NCBI GenBank assembly: GCA_965202665.1
Contig: OZ241841.1
Span: forward strand, 2,400,001 to 2,464,000
From: Candidatus Spongiisociaceae bacterium
Lineage (GTDB): Bacteria; Actinomycetota; Acidimicrobiia; Spongiisociales; Spongiisociaceae
Direction of reading: 5' to 3'
Length of the DNA: 64,000 nt
Positions 27,001 through 29,857 of this stretch are shown piece by piece; position 1 is the first letter of the stretch; the number at the start of each line of letters is the position of its first letter. A model generated the notes under the pieces. The model did no database searches and was not told the origin of the DNA. It worked only from the letters and a program-made list of their open reading frames with translations. The position numbers were made by a program, and so were the translations under genes.

Positions 27001-28400
27001 GCGGCAGGGCGGGCGACTACACGGTGATACCGGCCGGTTTGTCCGTCTCAGACGACGATTCGCAGGTGAGGTTGACTTTGGTTCCAGCGTCGCTGGCGGA
27101 AGGCGGGGACGGCTCGGCGGTGGCGGTGTCGGCCGCTTTCCCATCCGGGACGGCCTCTTCCGAAATCGGTTCCGACACCGTGATTGTCCTGTCGGCGGCG
27201 GACGGAACCGCTTCTTCCGATGATTACGCATACGCCCCGTCTTCTCCCAACACGGTGACCATCCCTGCCGGCGCCCTGGCTTCTTCCACCGCCGGCCGGT
27301 TGGCCGGGTTGACGGTCGCCGCCGACGGGACCGACGAGGGGAACGAGACGATCATGGTGGGCGGCTCTTCGCCTTTGGGGACGGTTTCCCCGGTTCCGCT
27401 GACCATCACCGACGGGGGAGGGGCCCCGGTTCCGGTCGGTTTGGAGTTGGAGGTTGCGCCCGCTTCGGTGACGGAAAGAGAAGACCCCTATGAGGTTTCG
27501 GTGACCGCCCGCCTGACCGGGGTGGACGTTTCCTCCCGCACCGCCCCGGTGACGGTGACGGTGACGGTGGCCGGCGGCTCCGGTGAGAACGGGGCCGTTC
27601 TGGGCGCGGCCGGGCCGCCCCCCACCGGCGATTTCGCCGTTAATCAGCCGGGCGGGACGTTCACGATCACCATCCCCGCCGGGTCGGTTGTTTCTTCGGG
27701 GACTTTCCAACTGTCGGTGTGGGAGGACGGGGCGGACGACGAGGGTTCGGAGCGGGCGGCGGTGTCCGCTGCGGCCTCCGTGGACGGGGAGAGCCTGTCG
27801 GCCACCGCAACGCTGACGTTGTGTTCGGGCCGGTTCTGCGATGAGGACGGCAGCGTCCACGAGGCCAGCATCGAGCGGCTGGTGGAATGGGAGATAACCC
27901 TGGGTTGCGATGCCGCCGACCCGACCGTGTTCTGCCCGTCGCAGACTATCGCCCGCCGCCAGATGGCCGCTTTCCTGCACCGGGCGGTAACGTTCCGCTG
28001 GGGCGCCCCGGAGGCGCCGACCGGGGTGGTGATAACCGACGTGCCCGCCGACGCCTGGTACCGGCCGTTCGCCGAATGGGTGGTGTCGGTGGGGGCTTTC
28101 GAAGCCCCGCAGGGCGTGTTCGACCCGTCCGGGGTGGTGACCAGGGCCGACATGGCGGTGATGATGATAGCCGCTTTCCCCCACCTGTCAGCGGTCGCAA
28201 CGCCCCAAAACCGCTTCGCCGACGTGAATAACCTAACCGAAGACCAAATAAGGGCGGTAGAGGGCCTGTACGAGGCGGAGGTAACGCTGGGCTGCACCAC
28301 CACCGAACCGCTCCGTTTCTGCCCCAACCAGGAGGTAACCCGAGCCCAAATGGCCTCCTTCTTCGTAAGAGCCCTAAACCAAGCCACCCCCACCCCCTAA
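3..28400 (+). CDS. Giant cell-surface protein (Calx-beta/Ig-like repeats, two LRR blocks, Pro/Thr linker, two SLH blocks); 5'-partial
   Basis: The 9458-aa track ORF stays open back to position 3 (VGTEFRIVDDES), so the start lies outside the window. It has a recurring Calx-beta-like signature (A..GTDY/F...VTIPAG..S....L...DD...EG.ET..V.G), LxxLDLSxNxLSGxIP repeats, and SLH-like motifs (FCP...I.RRQMAAFL.R, VTRADMAVM, VTRAQMASFFVRAL). Confidence 0.93.
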   Translation, partial: VGTEFRIVDDESAPTEVEWTLNPTSVEESAGEIGVEVTASLADGGVRSDDTAVSFSVGKSTDSAVAGTDYQVVADFTAVIPAGTNRASAAFSLSGTADLLDEPAESLTVSVSVPAGLTADADQRTLALTDADDTPQRLVLTVDADPDTTGTQSTLAENAGTRRVTVTAAFPAGAQVSSQTRTVATATIGGQAGLRSTATRGEDFTAASQVRIVIPPGSRRGSASFDLEVIDDSVTSEGNETISVVGTITEGPAFPFDNTSLTITDNDSGIVLSITPDQGSEGSSAVSATVTAAFEAGTTPPAVPTQVTVTVGSPGDSAVRRPADDPATTDVDESQAGDFSAPATLTIVIPANTRSATAPLAFQLRDDLDVEQAETISLTGTAAGHAVSPTVFTIEASDPYPTSVILRLNVDTTHEPVAGVRTFTTSLIAAFPDGSPPLTRDLLVNASVVTVTEDTASYRSDFQPRDNLALTIPAGSTSASADFSLVILGDEETEGAETLTISGRAAGLAVVPARLTITDPLTIPDSAVLRVSPDEVSENAADHTQVITVSAELSAGVMAPAGGVTIVVTVAGGTEAGQAEEGAAKDFTATAPANISISAGQSTGSTTFRLTVKPDDIAEGDETISVSGVLSGLAATGVSDTTVIIPGNDGTIPDLNRAHCGNGTYVGNPGGNSGLVSDCQTLVDIRNHWMDNPDNADLPADHPLRTWGGRIETWAGLSFERLRIGHNHRRRVTKLELGGSVGSRIRGTLPSEVHSLEGLTHLVLKDNQLIGHIPSQLGSMNFLEVLDLRNNQLSGAIPASITSLPGGSYRFDLQELRLQNNRLSGSVPAWSSTADNYSLRHVDLSGNELTGSMAGFEHLTGLSYLDLSQNRLSGAIPADFVTRGSGALNTLRLNDNNLSGSIPNLSRLPDLKTVDLSGNRLSGSLTGLRHDHLTDLNVSDNQFSGSLPNLPSLPFLERLDLSGNRFTGLLSAWSVTQAPRLNTLDLSDNQLSGTIPSWIGRAGNLVSVDLGNNNLSGPIPPWLTSRTRISRLVLSGNQLTGLIPDSVGNMTSLTELDLHDNRFRGPVPSSLGRLRNLVGLYLDDNQLTGPIPDEIGALAFSPGSTGRLRRFSFCGNNLTGFLPGGLRNPWVHLEDSPSDSGFAYGPFANWFAPVSDCRRAVELSVDRSVSEWAARSVEVTATLAGFGGSIGRPMPDEDTEVTVSVEDGTAFAPGDYAVVNPFKITIPVGETSANGSFTLTPVNDSSDFEGDETVRVDGAGETISVTGTDLAIIDARRAIDGIIVTASPSVIPEGETTRVTITASIPDHAAPETNTQIRFRYLRTVDGTATKGTDFTDNISGEFRISPNQRSGSRDFNISATENTTAEADKTFYVYVTPYLNRDVVRFRNRIMYATVTIANNDILPALDSAICNNSAVVPAGNSALARQCRALVAIRNHWTNRLDNAGLPATHPLLDWNGSSSIETWPGVTVSIPSGGSSKRVTGLDLSADSDPNTADRISGAIPSFGWLSDLTSLDLSGNLLTGSIPAVSLPSTLTSLDLSGNQLSGSIPDRLRRLTALTSLDLSDNQLTGSIPTGIGALTALTSLDLSDNQLTGGIPTGLGALTALTSLDMSDNRLSGGIPRALGALTALIYFDLSDNLLTGDIPQELGRLNKLTTFSFCNNALTGPLPQSLRTGVTIPDFTNTYTRVQSCASVIYITASPDTATEGDSRLLRVTAELPPGRTAPAGGLAVNVSTISGTAASEIDFTPVSTVITIPEGETEKTDRLLLSVTDDSVNEPAENLFVVGSSPGYRNGVDTVTIAASDRTPATNVEWSLSRTTVTEGTSDITYEMTLVVSIPDDQSSFTTAQRIYPLFGASGSGSTAASPADYAAVTDFTGDHIILPAGQRQVTRTFSLTVKSDTLVEGDETIKVTAEAGTGRLVPTPLTITVADQDAVATVQVDTDGGTTGDQTTAAERSSPHSVSVTISLPSGATNSLGRDLVIPLTVMPGTASSSDFTAASPGSATITRGTTTSSPVTFNLTVAQDAANLRELSETISVSGSATGFTFNPAEITIPPDNKLAIIPLSVEAENANNGNPRIRYGPARTATGSSATDDHRGAYFGIRINWPAGGSHRGGSQTTHQHIPYGQSRASATNVITLSGYDDQVVNTTPPRYVTIDHTVHMRGWLFAATRALIVDDEWDRRPTGIDLTADMSTVNERAGATPVTITASFTNAAGNPAPLDTYVDIPLSAQSGSAIAGSDFRLTDAAGGPVPFDFTLRIPARQTSGSATIYLAPVADDTREMEEGLWVGARSVPSPNGFTFGNGVDPVRIAILDQTGIVLRALPDSLTEGPASSAISIIASLPDGFPTLDENLVIRNVRLRPGTASAADFTASPTGGTTLTIPAGSTTTSLLSYRVMVTDDDLVEGPETILLQGDIGPEYTAQGVLTINDETGEAPVTGVKLEFAPNPIGEGAAAQQVQVVARLGTWIPAPTSHTYTDAQGDEASATCQQDEFGVTRCEYPTPSGSGTTLVIYRPRFTPVATAAPTSHTYTNRAGNRVTISCPHDEFGVARCSHPDPTDPDQERMVSVVYRPQFRSVALPPTSHTYTNRAGNRVTIPCPHDESGVARCSYSYVDSSDPDMPQTVVVQVVYRPDPVSAARAVDTVVTASLESVAARTGVVPAALGTDFTAAPPIRVVIPAGETERRVSFHLDVKDDGVAEPEETFKLTGRADGMTIFAEPVAITGDLRKPPISLRVVPGSVSEETGTALIRVTASVDDIVRDVSSCVRRVTNDRGTPGDPSDDIQECVEFDTRQVSSPGLLSSVDLPIRVSVGEAGDTATEGTDYTAVPDFTLVLPAGRRSASAVFKIAVASDRLDEPAETITIAGSDPSVGSSPSHIPLSVSSGLLTITDSDASPVVELELDEATVAEGSGTTEVAFTVSLVDGLRSAAPLTVALGVAGADEGACETDDDAGRVNCPSQPGKARAGADFTAVPNFNVTIPAGQSAARGKFNFTVTDDRLVEGEERLTVTARLGDASATGRLSIADDDAAPSDLRLSLVPAFTTRDGPEVPMREGGLARSYLISAAVPPGQGLLSSPSTVTLSVGGGTASSNDYSVSMLPDNTVLVPAGPVTNLGPGAQPADLQVLLVVTPLSDRAVEGLESLVVSGTATGGLNVAPVTLAINDAAGSTPDRISLTLDRSEVEEGAGTVRLGVTARMFCQSGACSVLAEDRTVNLELSESLSTAAADDDFVLGSGSVTIPAGSYSGSAQLELRVLDDRLVEGNESVAVGGSAFGFQVNAATVLITDDEPAAGELDLRFNRGTVGEGDGRAPLVLTAGWPAGLSVTSDTEVSVVLGAGSAAAGIDYELLDRERFVLTIPAGRSSVSAAAGMLRLVDDRVAEGLETFEAFGFARSVDAAVPVRYKVNSAVLRIADDDPAAVKLTVDENYVLEGRRGDMTPSPAEEAVPITVTASLTGDVAGGTVVRDRDTLVRVAVGDGADRAVSGADYVVSDGLRNGVLPIVIPAGENSASAAFRMRVIDDNVAGETDWSAVSRPGGLTTVDVSRTESVSITGAVAKGRGTDFSIAVTGTEVEIWDLNDRSPTAVDLAVSPVRVTEGDARHTARLTITASLRAPPIAQPSLVCLQRSSQGACLRSYAPVVPKQPPSMVLAEDLTVPISLSADTDSEGNPSLGWATSGTDYGTPVQVSPRPATGQSGVTVVIPAGKLSGSTVVDLPIIGDILTESNVLFGPSGKELLRVGANLEGRTAEGDDSETNQELILHPHLEGWTVEGAIFEITDDDPASLQLELDKTRLEENAGSQSVRVTARVVAPDGSAGAFPEDIPLVLQWANFHQNEGDESRLSATGLAKEDHDFRLQGTAQLEDDEPVTISGPNLRATVNRSQVTEGSEVDVLLNLRFQSILGDGGANVTVSVGVAGDSAVAGTDYELVSAHFQSPLTITNGRFSVHARKGTIGANITLRFRVTDDAMHEGAEVITIGTDRGASTQLVIPANDIPPPADRKLVTIPAGSSSASAVFDLEVVDDILDEGAGEDIVFRAVGAALLGSDLSARLRIVDNDSAAETIILTATPGGSGSGPGVVSESAGADLELNMAVGFPQGSAERLEDTVVTLSVENGSADSSDYSLTFSDPDGAGPLTAGQVVIPAGETAAQVRLGPAVADDPGTADVNEAQPASADFDVTDDTAAEGDETFFIKGAAEGFAVRSETVTIRDSEPAAILLTIGSTQFAQELELAEDIHASTTGTLTLKIKAAFPESVADGDLPGTATVITLGGADGKLRERNGAVSRPATAGDYAVQSAVLDTRNTPLTLTIPANTRSAEGTIRVGLTDDQIVEGMENLQIVGSASGQVVSPAVIHIADDDTVPPAFDLSVSPLFAAEGAAAPVPVTVTARARGAARLGLDTVIQLALSPTEVGGPDFQPVAANDLRLTVPANAASGSVTFNLTMVDDNVAEGVTAVLDAAQLSGSATSPFSGEELTVAAVGQQSRVVMLDNDVAPRSIALSIPTGGVREGSETNSATVRASFPDGSPVRPVDTKVLVRIGGAVNNADEEAGAGDYAAPSNLLVTIPAGQTSGQASFDIRLVDDRLSEEPENVTLTGRAIAPYHKPYPALPQTDFTVSHAVLTITDNDVPPSFVTLQVAPVPPAGAAGASGTAAARLFTGMVREGDEVTEYTVTASFGPGAARSKNTVLTLGLGGRAASTVGLTLPNGQPIIGPDGLPATITIPGDTAVKGADFQIVDEDGDPVTDDLTLTIPAGQTRGSASFRLKVVDDSVAGENPETLTVFSTAAPPANSNPRFAVMPATVTILDNDQVSEIVLTLLDSSDQPLESVNENAGRVTVKVKASYPGTAVLGANTALNVSVNDGSAEGKGVDYTPDPADTDVTIPAGDNSVTATFDIDINDDPLREADETIRFEATVTGLQTAEFTIRPVELTIVDTLPVTITADVDSIATGVQTAVGEDSGITDVAVAVSLEAGEVAPPGGLAFTLAWAETADSDKADLGTGTGDDFTLVDGSGDPLDDATATIPEGQSSVSLTMRLKVADDRNVEPNETLTITASLADLALELTPPTLTINDNDADLTVDKATVTEGEAETITVTASVGAPAPAGGRTVAVAVADSADDPAYTAASGDYTANPSSLNVTIPAGQTSAAASFDLTAFTENTRAEDHKTLAVTGSLTDFQVDAADLTLLDNDRGITVTITDSADQPLTLTENGTPVTAKVTVALNAASNALSGNVPVAVEVGATGPGTAGRGASATDFTAASNTLNIPIAAGSTSASATVDITVAADQIAEWDEPIWFAGAAAGFTFTDGHLRIEDDDSEIAVTLNKSSAREGAAGDVTQGGVSYVRFTATASYTGAASSEMGAVQIQLNPRGSGSKPADAADYAYPTPNSIQISAGSLQTASSQNLDLRIVDDARVDDGSGADNAETLEFYGTGSYTAHGISQTVTAKSGSVSILDNDHQITLALTESGSPYTGGTEGDDLGTVSAKASFRSGVTSDRTSPTVITLHIDDVNNAGDSSDDAITAEAGDVTDPAAPITITIPAAGTESNTTALTGFSFTDDSVAELRERVLAGGTADDSLPVSDVALDIVDDDSRITLDFGTTMAEESDANAGDAMVTAKFASTAQSVEFNAATTITLAFSTEGAANAEAADFTAPAAGSEITVTIPAGSTSSSAVALTSVVLDDDPRAEGNETIAVDGTAAVAGDSVGLPVDRSYLTILDDDLQLVITHGTFQNYEDSNDVVPVKVSFDSATTYSDLTEDFTVRVSTSESDPVSARGGGADFHNRSRTLTIPAGQLNSGSFKFLYGVVIVDDTIAEPQENFLLTGTTSLPSEWGVTVTPATLYIRQSDTDIALSFGNTRAEENSDENAEDAKITASFSSATSSEISTATTVTLSFGNGTATLGSCTGTGQARTCTGDFLNPSSAITVVIPANTLTSAAKSLSGLPLVNDNVAEKNETIKVTGSSPSFGVDRTDLVVADLDSVVSFKFKSTSSNTISLNEGTAGSDVEVKAEFFYPGVTNGIGSNLDIEVVFRPGYDGDSIDDYTYSPSTPNTLTIPSTGLSSSFVALNGLTIVDDAVTEDSELFWIDGTTTTSIANIINGEITINDTDTGIELSVSPEVVVEGTTQTVTVTTGFAGVTSSTRNGNTDVTVSITGDGSTGKAKLGSAGPPIDGDFDTNKTNDQFTITIPARSVSHTGTFELTAFKEDPDLVEAAEEVTVSGAATVGTSVTASDTLQIYDKGITLTWEDSEGNPLTSVEEASGSTQVTVKATLPDGIRSTSNLVVGVNVAAGTAGLDAGTTWDVGEDFRVTYPELRSGTPAGYALGIPIAAGAGSGTATFTLLINDDEVAEGTTGETILLEAGNVTVSGSNLPATAESSLSVTDDDSDIELTFGDTKAMEDADLNAGDAEITARFNSADTSEINAITTVTLAFADGTATSGSGNDYTAPSTAITVQIPANTVSSAATSLSGLALINDTVAEPEETIVVSGTAGSHTVTGADLAVVDDDSVVTLTLTPAKLTEGGAGSDVMVAAAFPSTTTSNSIGADTVITLSVAADGSATAQAADFAYSPAQSSPDTVTIPSTATSSSTSGTLTGLTIANDAITEDLETLLVSGTPDQEVIVNTSTLTINDADNDSGISISVIPQTVAERSAAHTITVTVGFAGEVTSSTRASDTTVRVEVNGDGAAGKATFGSVTTGDFYATDNQVPVNNITYIDIIIPAGTTSATGTFQLTARDDMDDDEGAEAVTLVGSATVDGEAVSDSTDVTIVDRVITLSLADGDGNALTSLGEASGTTQITVTATLPSGLVADAGGEVVGVNVVTGNDAGTATMGAAGPTWGAGEDYRINFPAIVPAGTPAGYALGIPILAGQDSGTATFSLEINDDTIAEGLTAETILLQGSDTTVGVYTLKVSEISLGVDDDDSQIALSFGDTKASEEDGNAGDAQITASFTGATSSVIGVTTVTLSFAAGTATAGGTDFTAPTPAITVEIPANTVSSTALSLSGLSLTDDARAEGEETITVSGSSGSYTISSATLYIVDDNSVVQLTNVDGDSVPEDSDGSGVSVSAAFPAGTTASDISSDTVITLSVSDGTAMASDNDYSYGAADTVTIPANALSSSTSATLRGLSVEPDTVTEGPETVLVGGSSSLGDAAEFSLTLDDGDTGIAISVSPSTVVEGADAHDITVTAEFADVASSTRGAATTVTVDITNDGTATLGSPPPGTSNDFYTDKTGNQFTITIPARMTSHTGAFKLTAPDDADNGEGEETATVKGSATVDGNDVSDTADITILNKQVSLSLTDSEGNALTSVAEGSGSTQVTVTAALPGSVVADSGGEVVGVNVVADTAGLDDGTTWDAGEDFRVTYPAKPPGTPVGYALGVPIAAGQQTGTATFTLVVNDDAVAEGLEAENIRVRGGDVTVSSSTLSVRGAGLGIEDNNSAIELSFGDTKASESDGHAGDAMLTAAYAGATSSVISDPVTVTISFSNGTAISGPSSDYTPPVSAMTVQIPANTASSAARALSGVALRNDKRAEVEETIAVSGTATGDYMVTGTDLAVVDDDSVITLTVSKTTFEEGETVSGVTVSAKFPDGITGNDILGDTGIPVDTIITLSVSGGGTATADGNDFTYNPASPITLTIPEQSISPSVSQTVTGLVFSDDDVTEDPETLLVGGDPNVAVVVNPVVLTLNDADNDLDISVSPATVAERSDPYDVTVTAGFAGATSSTRTSPTSVAVQIGSGDTDGATRGAPSPPSGDFWTDKSGDTFTINIPAGDHTATGTFELTARSDGDNTEGTETVKVSGSATVDGEATSDAEDISLLQQGIELSVVDADTTLAGIQTTLTEGAGDSAGDTNVSIKAALKSGIPAGTGAVTVSVTVTTHYTDSGQPVTHTGTITIPDGDTEKTADIPVNVKDDEVVGEGDGTWMIDATADEGYRVEGTTVDVVDDDAVAHVELMVSPSAVDEGTSNQSVSVTAQFPAGSSTLTSATTVTVDVGGTGTTAGSGTDFDNLNPASLTLTIPAGSRQSETKAFSVDILDDDVTEGPEQIALGGSATGGVAVNDSNLTINDLDDDIEISVSPTTVAERTDPYDVTVTAEFAGVDSSSRTSATRVTVDITDDGTATRGSSTPTPSGDFGTDQTNNRFTIDIPAGDYNETGTFRLTAHSDGDDNEGTETVEVSGSATVDGESTSDDAEISLLEDGIELSVVDADTTVTDTQTTISEGTGRAGVSIRAALQSGVPAGTGAVTVDVTVTTHYTDGGQPVAEAGTITIPDGMTSGTADIMVDVQDDNVAGQGGGTWNITATADEGYTVAGTTVDVTDDDTAPTQIELSINPSAVNEDASNQNITVTASFPSGSATLTSNTTVAITVGGGTGTGVATPTTDYTANPSSFSVTIDAGDTSATGSFTVTTVNDQITDGAEQVAVTGDSSGFTVSSAILTINDTSTAPTQPPPTQPPPTPPTQPPPTPPTQPPPTPPTQPPPTPPTQPPPTQPPPTQPPPTQPPPTQPPPDDGGTPPPDGGDGGGTTPPPDDGEDGGEGGGDDEEGQDSEGGEIVDDGEQDGEAGSGGSGGSGGGGSAGSRCDGRFCDDDDNVHQANIEKMAEWEITLGCDADNPTLFCPSQTIQRRQMAAFLHRAYTFRFGEPQAPEGVVLTDVSPTIWYRPFAEWVVSVGAFEAPQGLFRPRGVVTRADMAVMMVAAFPHLLAAEEPQNLFEDVSDLPEDTVRAIEGLYAAEITLGCTTSAPLQYCPDRRVTRAQMASFFVRALSIGVELSFTDGSGADLTELAEDSGSTPVTVTASLPTGVTAPAAGLVVGVNVLAGTARLDTGIHFTDEDFRVSFPSDASPPAGHSLGISIPAGESSGSAVLTVVVNDDDVAERAVPETIRLRGAPVTVNRRPLPVLDSFLGITDDDSAISLSISSRAREQDGHAGAARVSARFASAASSEIRAGIRVVLSFAAGSGTESSDFTAPRRFLNLIIPAGETASAALALNGLAVRNDAIAEGTEVITVSGRAGDYTVIPAGLSVSDDDSQVRLTLVPASLAEGGDGSAVAVSAAFPSGTASSEIGSDTVIVLSAADGTASSDDYAYAPSSPNTVTIPAGALASSTAGRLAGLTVAADGTDEGNETIMVGGSSPLGTVSPVPLTITDGGGAPVPVGLELEVAPASVTEREDPYEVSVTARLTGVDVSSRTAPVTVTVTVAGGSGENGAVLGAAGPPPTGDFAVNQPGGTFTITIPAGSVVSSGTFQLSVWEDGADDEGSERAAVSAAASVDGESLSATATLTLCSGRFCDEDGSVHEASIERLVEWEITLGCDAADPTVFCPSQTIARRQMAAFLHRAVTFRWGAPEAPTGVVITDVPADAWYRPFAEWVVSVGAFEAPQGVFDPSGVVTRADMAVMMIAAFPHLSAVATPQNRFADVNNLTEDQIRAVEGLYEAEVTLGCTTTEPLRFCPNQEVTRAQMASFFVRALNQATPTP
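1968..3480 (+). repeat. LRR block 1 with Cys-containing N-cap, inside giant protein 1
   Basis: The cap HCGNG...GLVSDCQTLVDIRNHW...HPLRTW is followed by many plant-receptor-type LRRs (LDLSxNxLSGxIP) and ends in FSFCGNNLTG...SDC. Confidence 0.9.
4210..5080 (+). repeat. LRR block 2 with N-cap, inside giant protein 1
   Basis: The cap ICNN...ARQCRALVAIRNHW...HPLLDW is followed by near-identical 72-bp/24-aa LRRs (LTALTSLDLSDNQLTGxIP) and ends in FSFCNNALTG...QSC. Confidence 0.9.
7416..7905 (+). repeat. Three tandem Cys-pair repeats (PTSHTYTN.AG..VT..C..DEFGVARC...VxYRP) inserted in one Calx-like domain
   Basis: Copies start near 7416, 7578 and 7749 and share the DNA motif cccacctctcacac(c/t)tacacc. 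Confidence 0.85.
25314..25499 (+). repeat. In-frame VNTR encoding a Pro/Thr/Gln stalk
   Basis: Six 15-bp units (CCTACGCAACCTCC(G/A), PTQPP) and four 24-bp units (15-mer + CCTACGCCG, PTQPPPTP), followed by an acidic Gly-rich linker. Confidence 0.95.
25716..26270 (+). repeat. SLH block 1 (internal)
   Basis: RFCDDD..VHQANIE...ITLGC...FCPSQTI.RRQMAAFLHRA...VTRAQMASFFVRAL; closely similar to 27822-28377. Confidence 0.85.
27822..28377 (+). repeat. SLH block 2 (C-terminal)
   Basis: Second copy of the same three-motif SLH block; shares long identical DNA stretches with block 1. Confidence 0.85.
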
Positions 28401-28479
28401 ACCCCCAGACACAAAGGGGGAAAAACCATTGGTAGGGTAGCGGGGCGCGCAAGCGAGACAATCCAGGCAAGGAGAACCG

Positions 28480-28983
28480 ATGGCAAAGCTGAAAACCCAA
28501 AAAGAGCCCCAGGCCCCCAAGGATCCCCCAGATATAAACGTCCCCGACCGTTTCACCAGAGAAGACGCCGAGAGGGCCGCCCTTTTTCTGCAGAACCTGT
28601 TGCGGGCGAACGGGTCTTTGTCCAAGCCGGTCCATTTGTCAAGCAGAAACAAATCAGGCGAGCCGACCGCGGCGGAGCTGCCGCAGTTGGCGGCGCAACT
28701 GTTAGCCGAGTTGTTGAACAAGCTGGGGCAGGGGCACGCGGTGTCGGTGGAGACGGTGGAGGCCGATCTAACCCCCGGACAGGCCGCCAAGGTTCTAAGC
28801 GTAGACCGTCAGTACCTGATGGACCTGCTGAACAAAGGCGAGATCCCATATAGGAAGGTAGGAAACCACCACCAGATTTCCCTAACAGCCCTACTTGATT
28901 TCAAACGCCGAGACGACGATCACCGCCGCGAGATCGCCAGACAACTAACAGAAGAGGCGGAACATATAGGCCTTGGATATTAG
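28480..28983 (+). CDS. Excisionase-family (HTH_17/MerR-like) DNA-binding protein, putative antitoxin
   Basis: RBS aaggag upstream; motif LTPGQAAKVLSVDRQYLMDLLNKGEIPYRKVGNHHQI; ends QLTEEAEHIGLGY, as in PIN-associated Xis-like antitoxins. Confidence 0.85.
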   Translation: MAKLKTQKEPQAPKDPPDINVPDRFTREDAERAALFLQNLLRANGSLSKPVHLSSRNKSGEPTAAELPQLAAQLLAELLNKLGQGHAVSVETVEADLTPGQAAKVLSVDRQYLMDLLNKGEIPYRKVGNHHQISLTALLDFKRRDDDHRREIARQLTEEAEHIGLGY

Positions 28984-29006
28984 CGAGAAGGGTAAAGGAG
29001 CAACCG

Positions 29007-29681
29007 ATGGCAACGCTGGAAACCCGCAAAGGGCCCCTGATTCTGAACATTCCTGACAGTGTGACCAGGAGAATGGCCGAAGACGCGGCAAATTACCTAG
29101 TGGGCCTGCGGAACGTGAACGGACGCATCGCCAGGATCGTAGGGTTCGTCAGCAGCGACGGCGCAGAGGACCCAACTACGGTGATGTTGCCGCAGCTGGC
29201 GTTGGATCTGATCACCAAGTTGCTGACCGAGCTGGGGCAGGGGCACGCGGTGTCGGTGGAGACGGTGGAGGCCGAGCTAACCCCCGGGCAGGCGGCCGAG
29301 GTTCTGAGCGTAGACCGTCAGTACCTGGTGGACCTGCTGAATGAAGGCGAGATCCCATATAGGAAGGTAGGAAGCCACCGCCAGATTTCCCTAACGGCCC
29401 TACTTGACTTCAAACGCCGCAACGACGATTACCGCCGCGAGATAGCCAACCGACCCAACTGGCGTTCCCGGATTCACTTGTCAGGGACCGGACATGAGGG
29501 TGGTATTGTTACTGGCTCGCAAACAAGGGAGCGGGGCATCACCTACGGAGGCAAGGTGACGGCGATTGTGGAGGCCGGGGAAGCAGCGCAGGTGGCCTCC
29601 GCCAAAGAGGTGGTATCGGACGAAGCGCAAGAGGCGCTAGCGTCAGCCGGGGTGGCCCCCGGTTTCATGAGCGGGTGCTGA
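29007..29681 (+). CDS. Second Xis-family HTH paralogue with a replaced C-terminus
   Basis: RBS aaggag upstream. 29230-29448 is near-identical to 28721-28939; similarity stops abruptly after RREIA and the frame runs on into unrelated sequence. Confidence 0.75.
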   Translation: MATLETRKGPLILNIPDSVTRRMAEDAANYLVGLRNVNGRIARIVGFVSSDGAEDPTTVMLPQLALDLITKLLTELGQGHAVSVETVEAELTPGQAAEVLSVDRQYLVDLLNEGEIPYRKVGSHRQISLTALLDFKRRNDDYRREIANRPNWRSRIHLSGTGHEGGIVTGSQTRERGITYGGKVTAIVEAGEAAQVASAKEVVSDEAQEALASAGVAPGFMSGC

Positions 29682-29857
29682 CCGCGCTGGCAGCCTCCGG
29701 GGTCTCCGATGACAAGTAACAGGTCTTGGGGCGTTGGTTTAGCCTCCGGTACCCCCCAGAGCCGGGCGCAAAACCATGGGGGGCGGGATTGCGTTCCCCG
29801 CTCCTCGTCCGGTCAGCACCCCAGCCAATCGAACCGCCGCGGCGGGGGAGGTGAAAG

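Noticed and set aside
212-28393. Dozens of minus-strand and off-frame ORFs (up to 538 aa) over giant gene 1
   Set aside because: Shadow ORFs expected from high-GC, repetitive codon usage; no recognisable motifs.
28401-28425. Intrinsic terminator after giant gene 1 (ccccc...ggggg)
   Set aside because: Short stem with a long loop and no U-tract on the + strand; too weak to call.
28480-29681. Prophage or ICE excision module
   Set aside because: No integrase, att pair or phage genes nearby; the proteins fit the antitoxin-like Xis subfamily.
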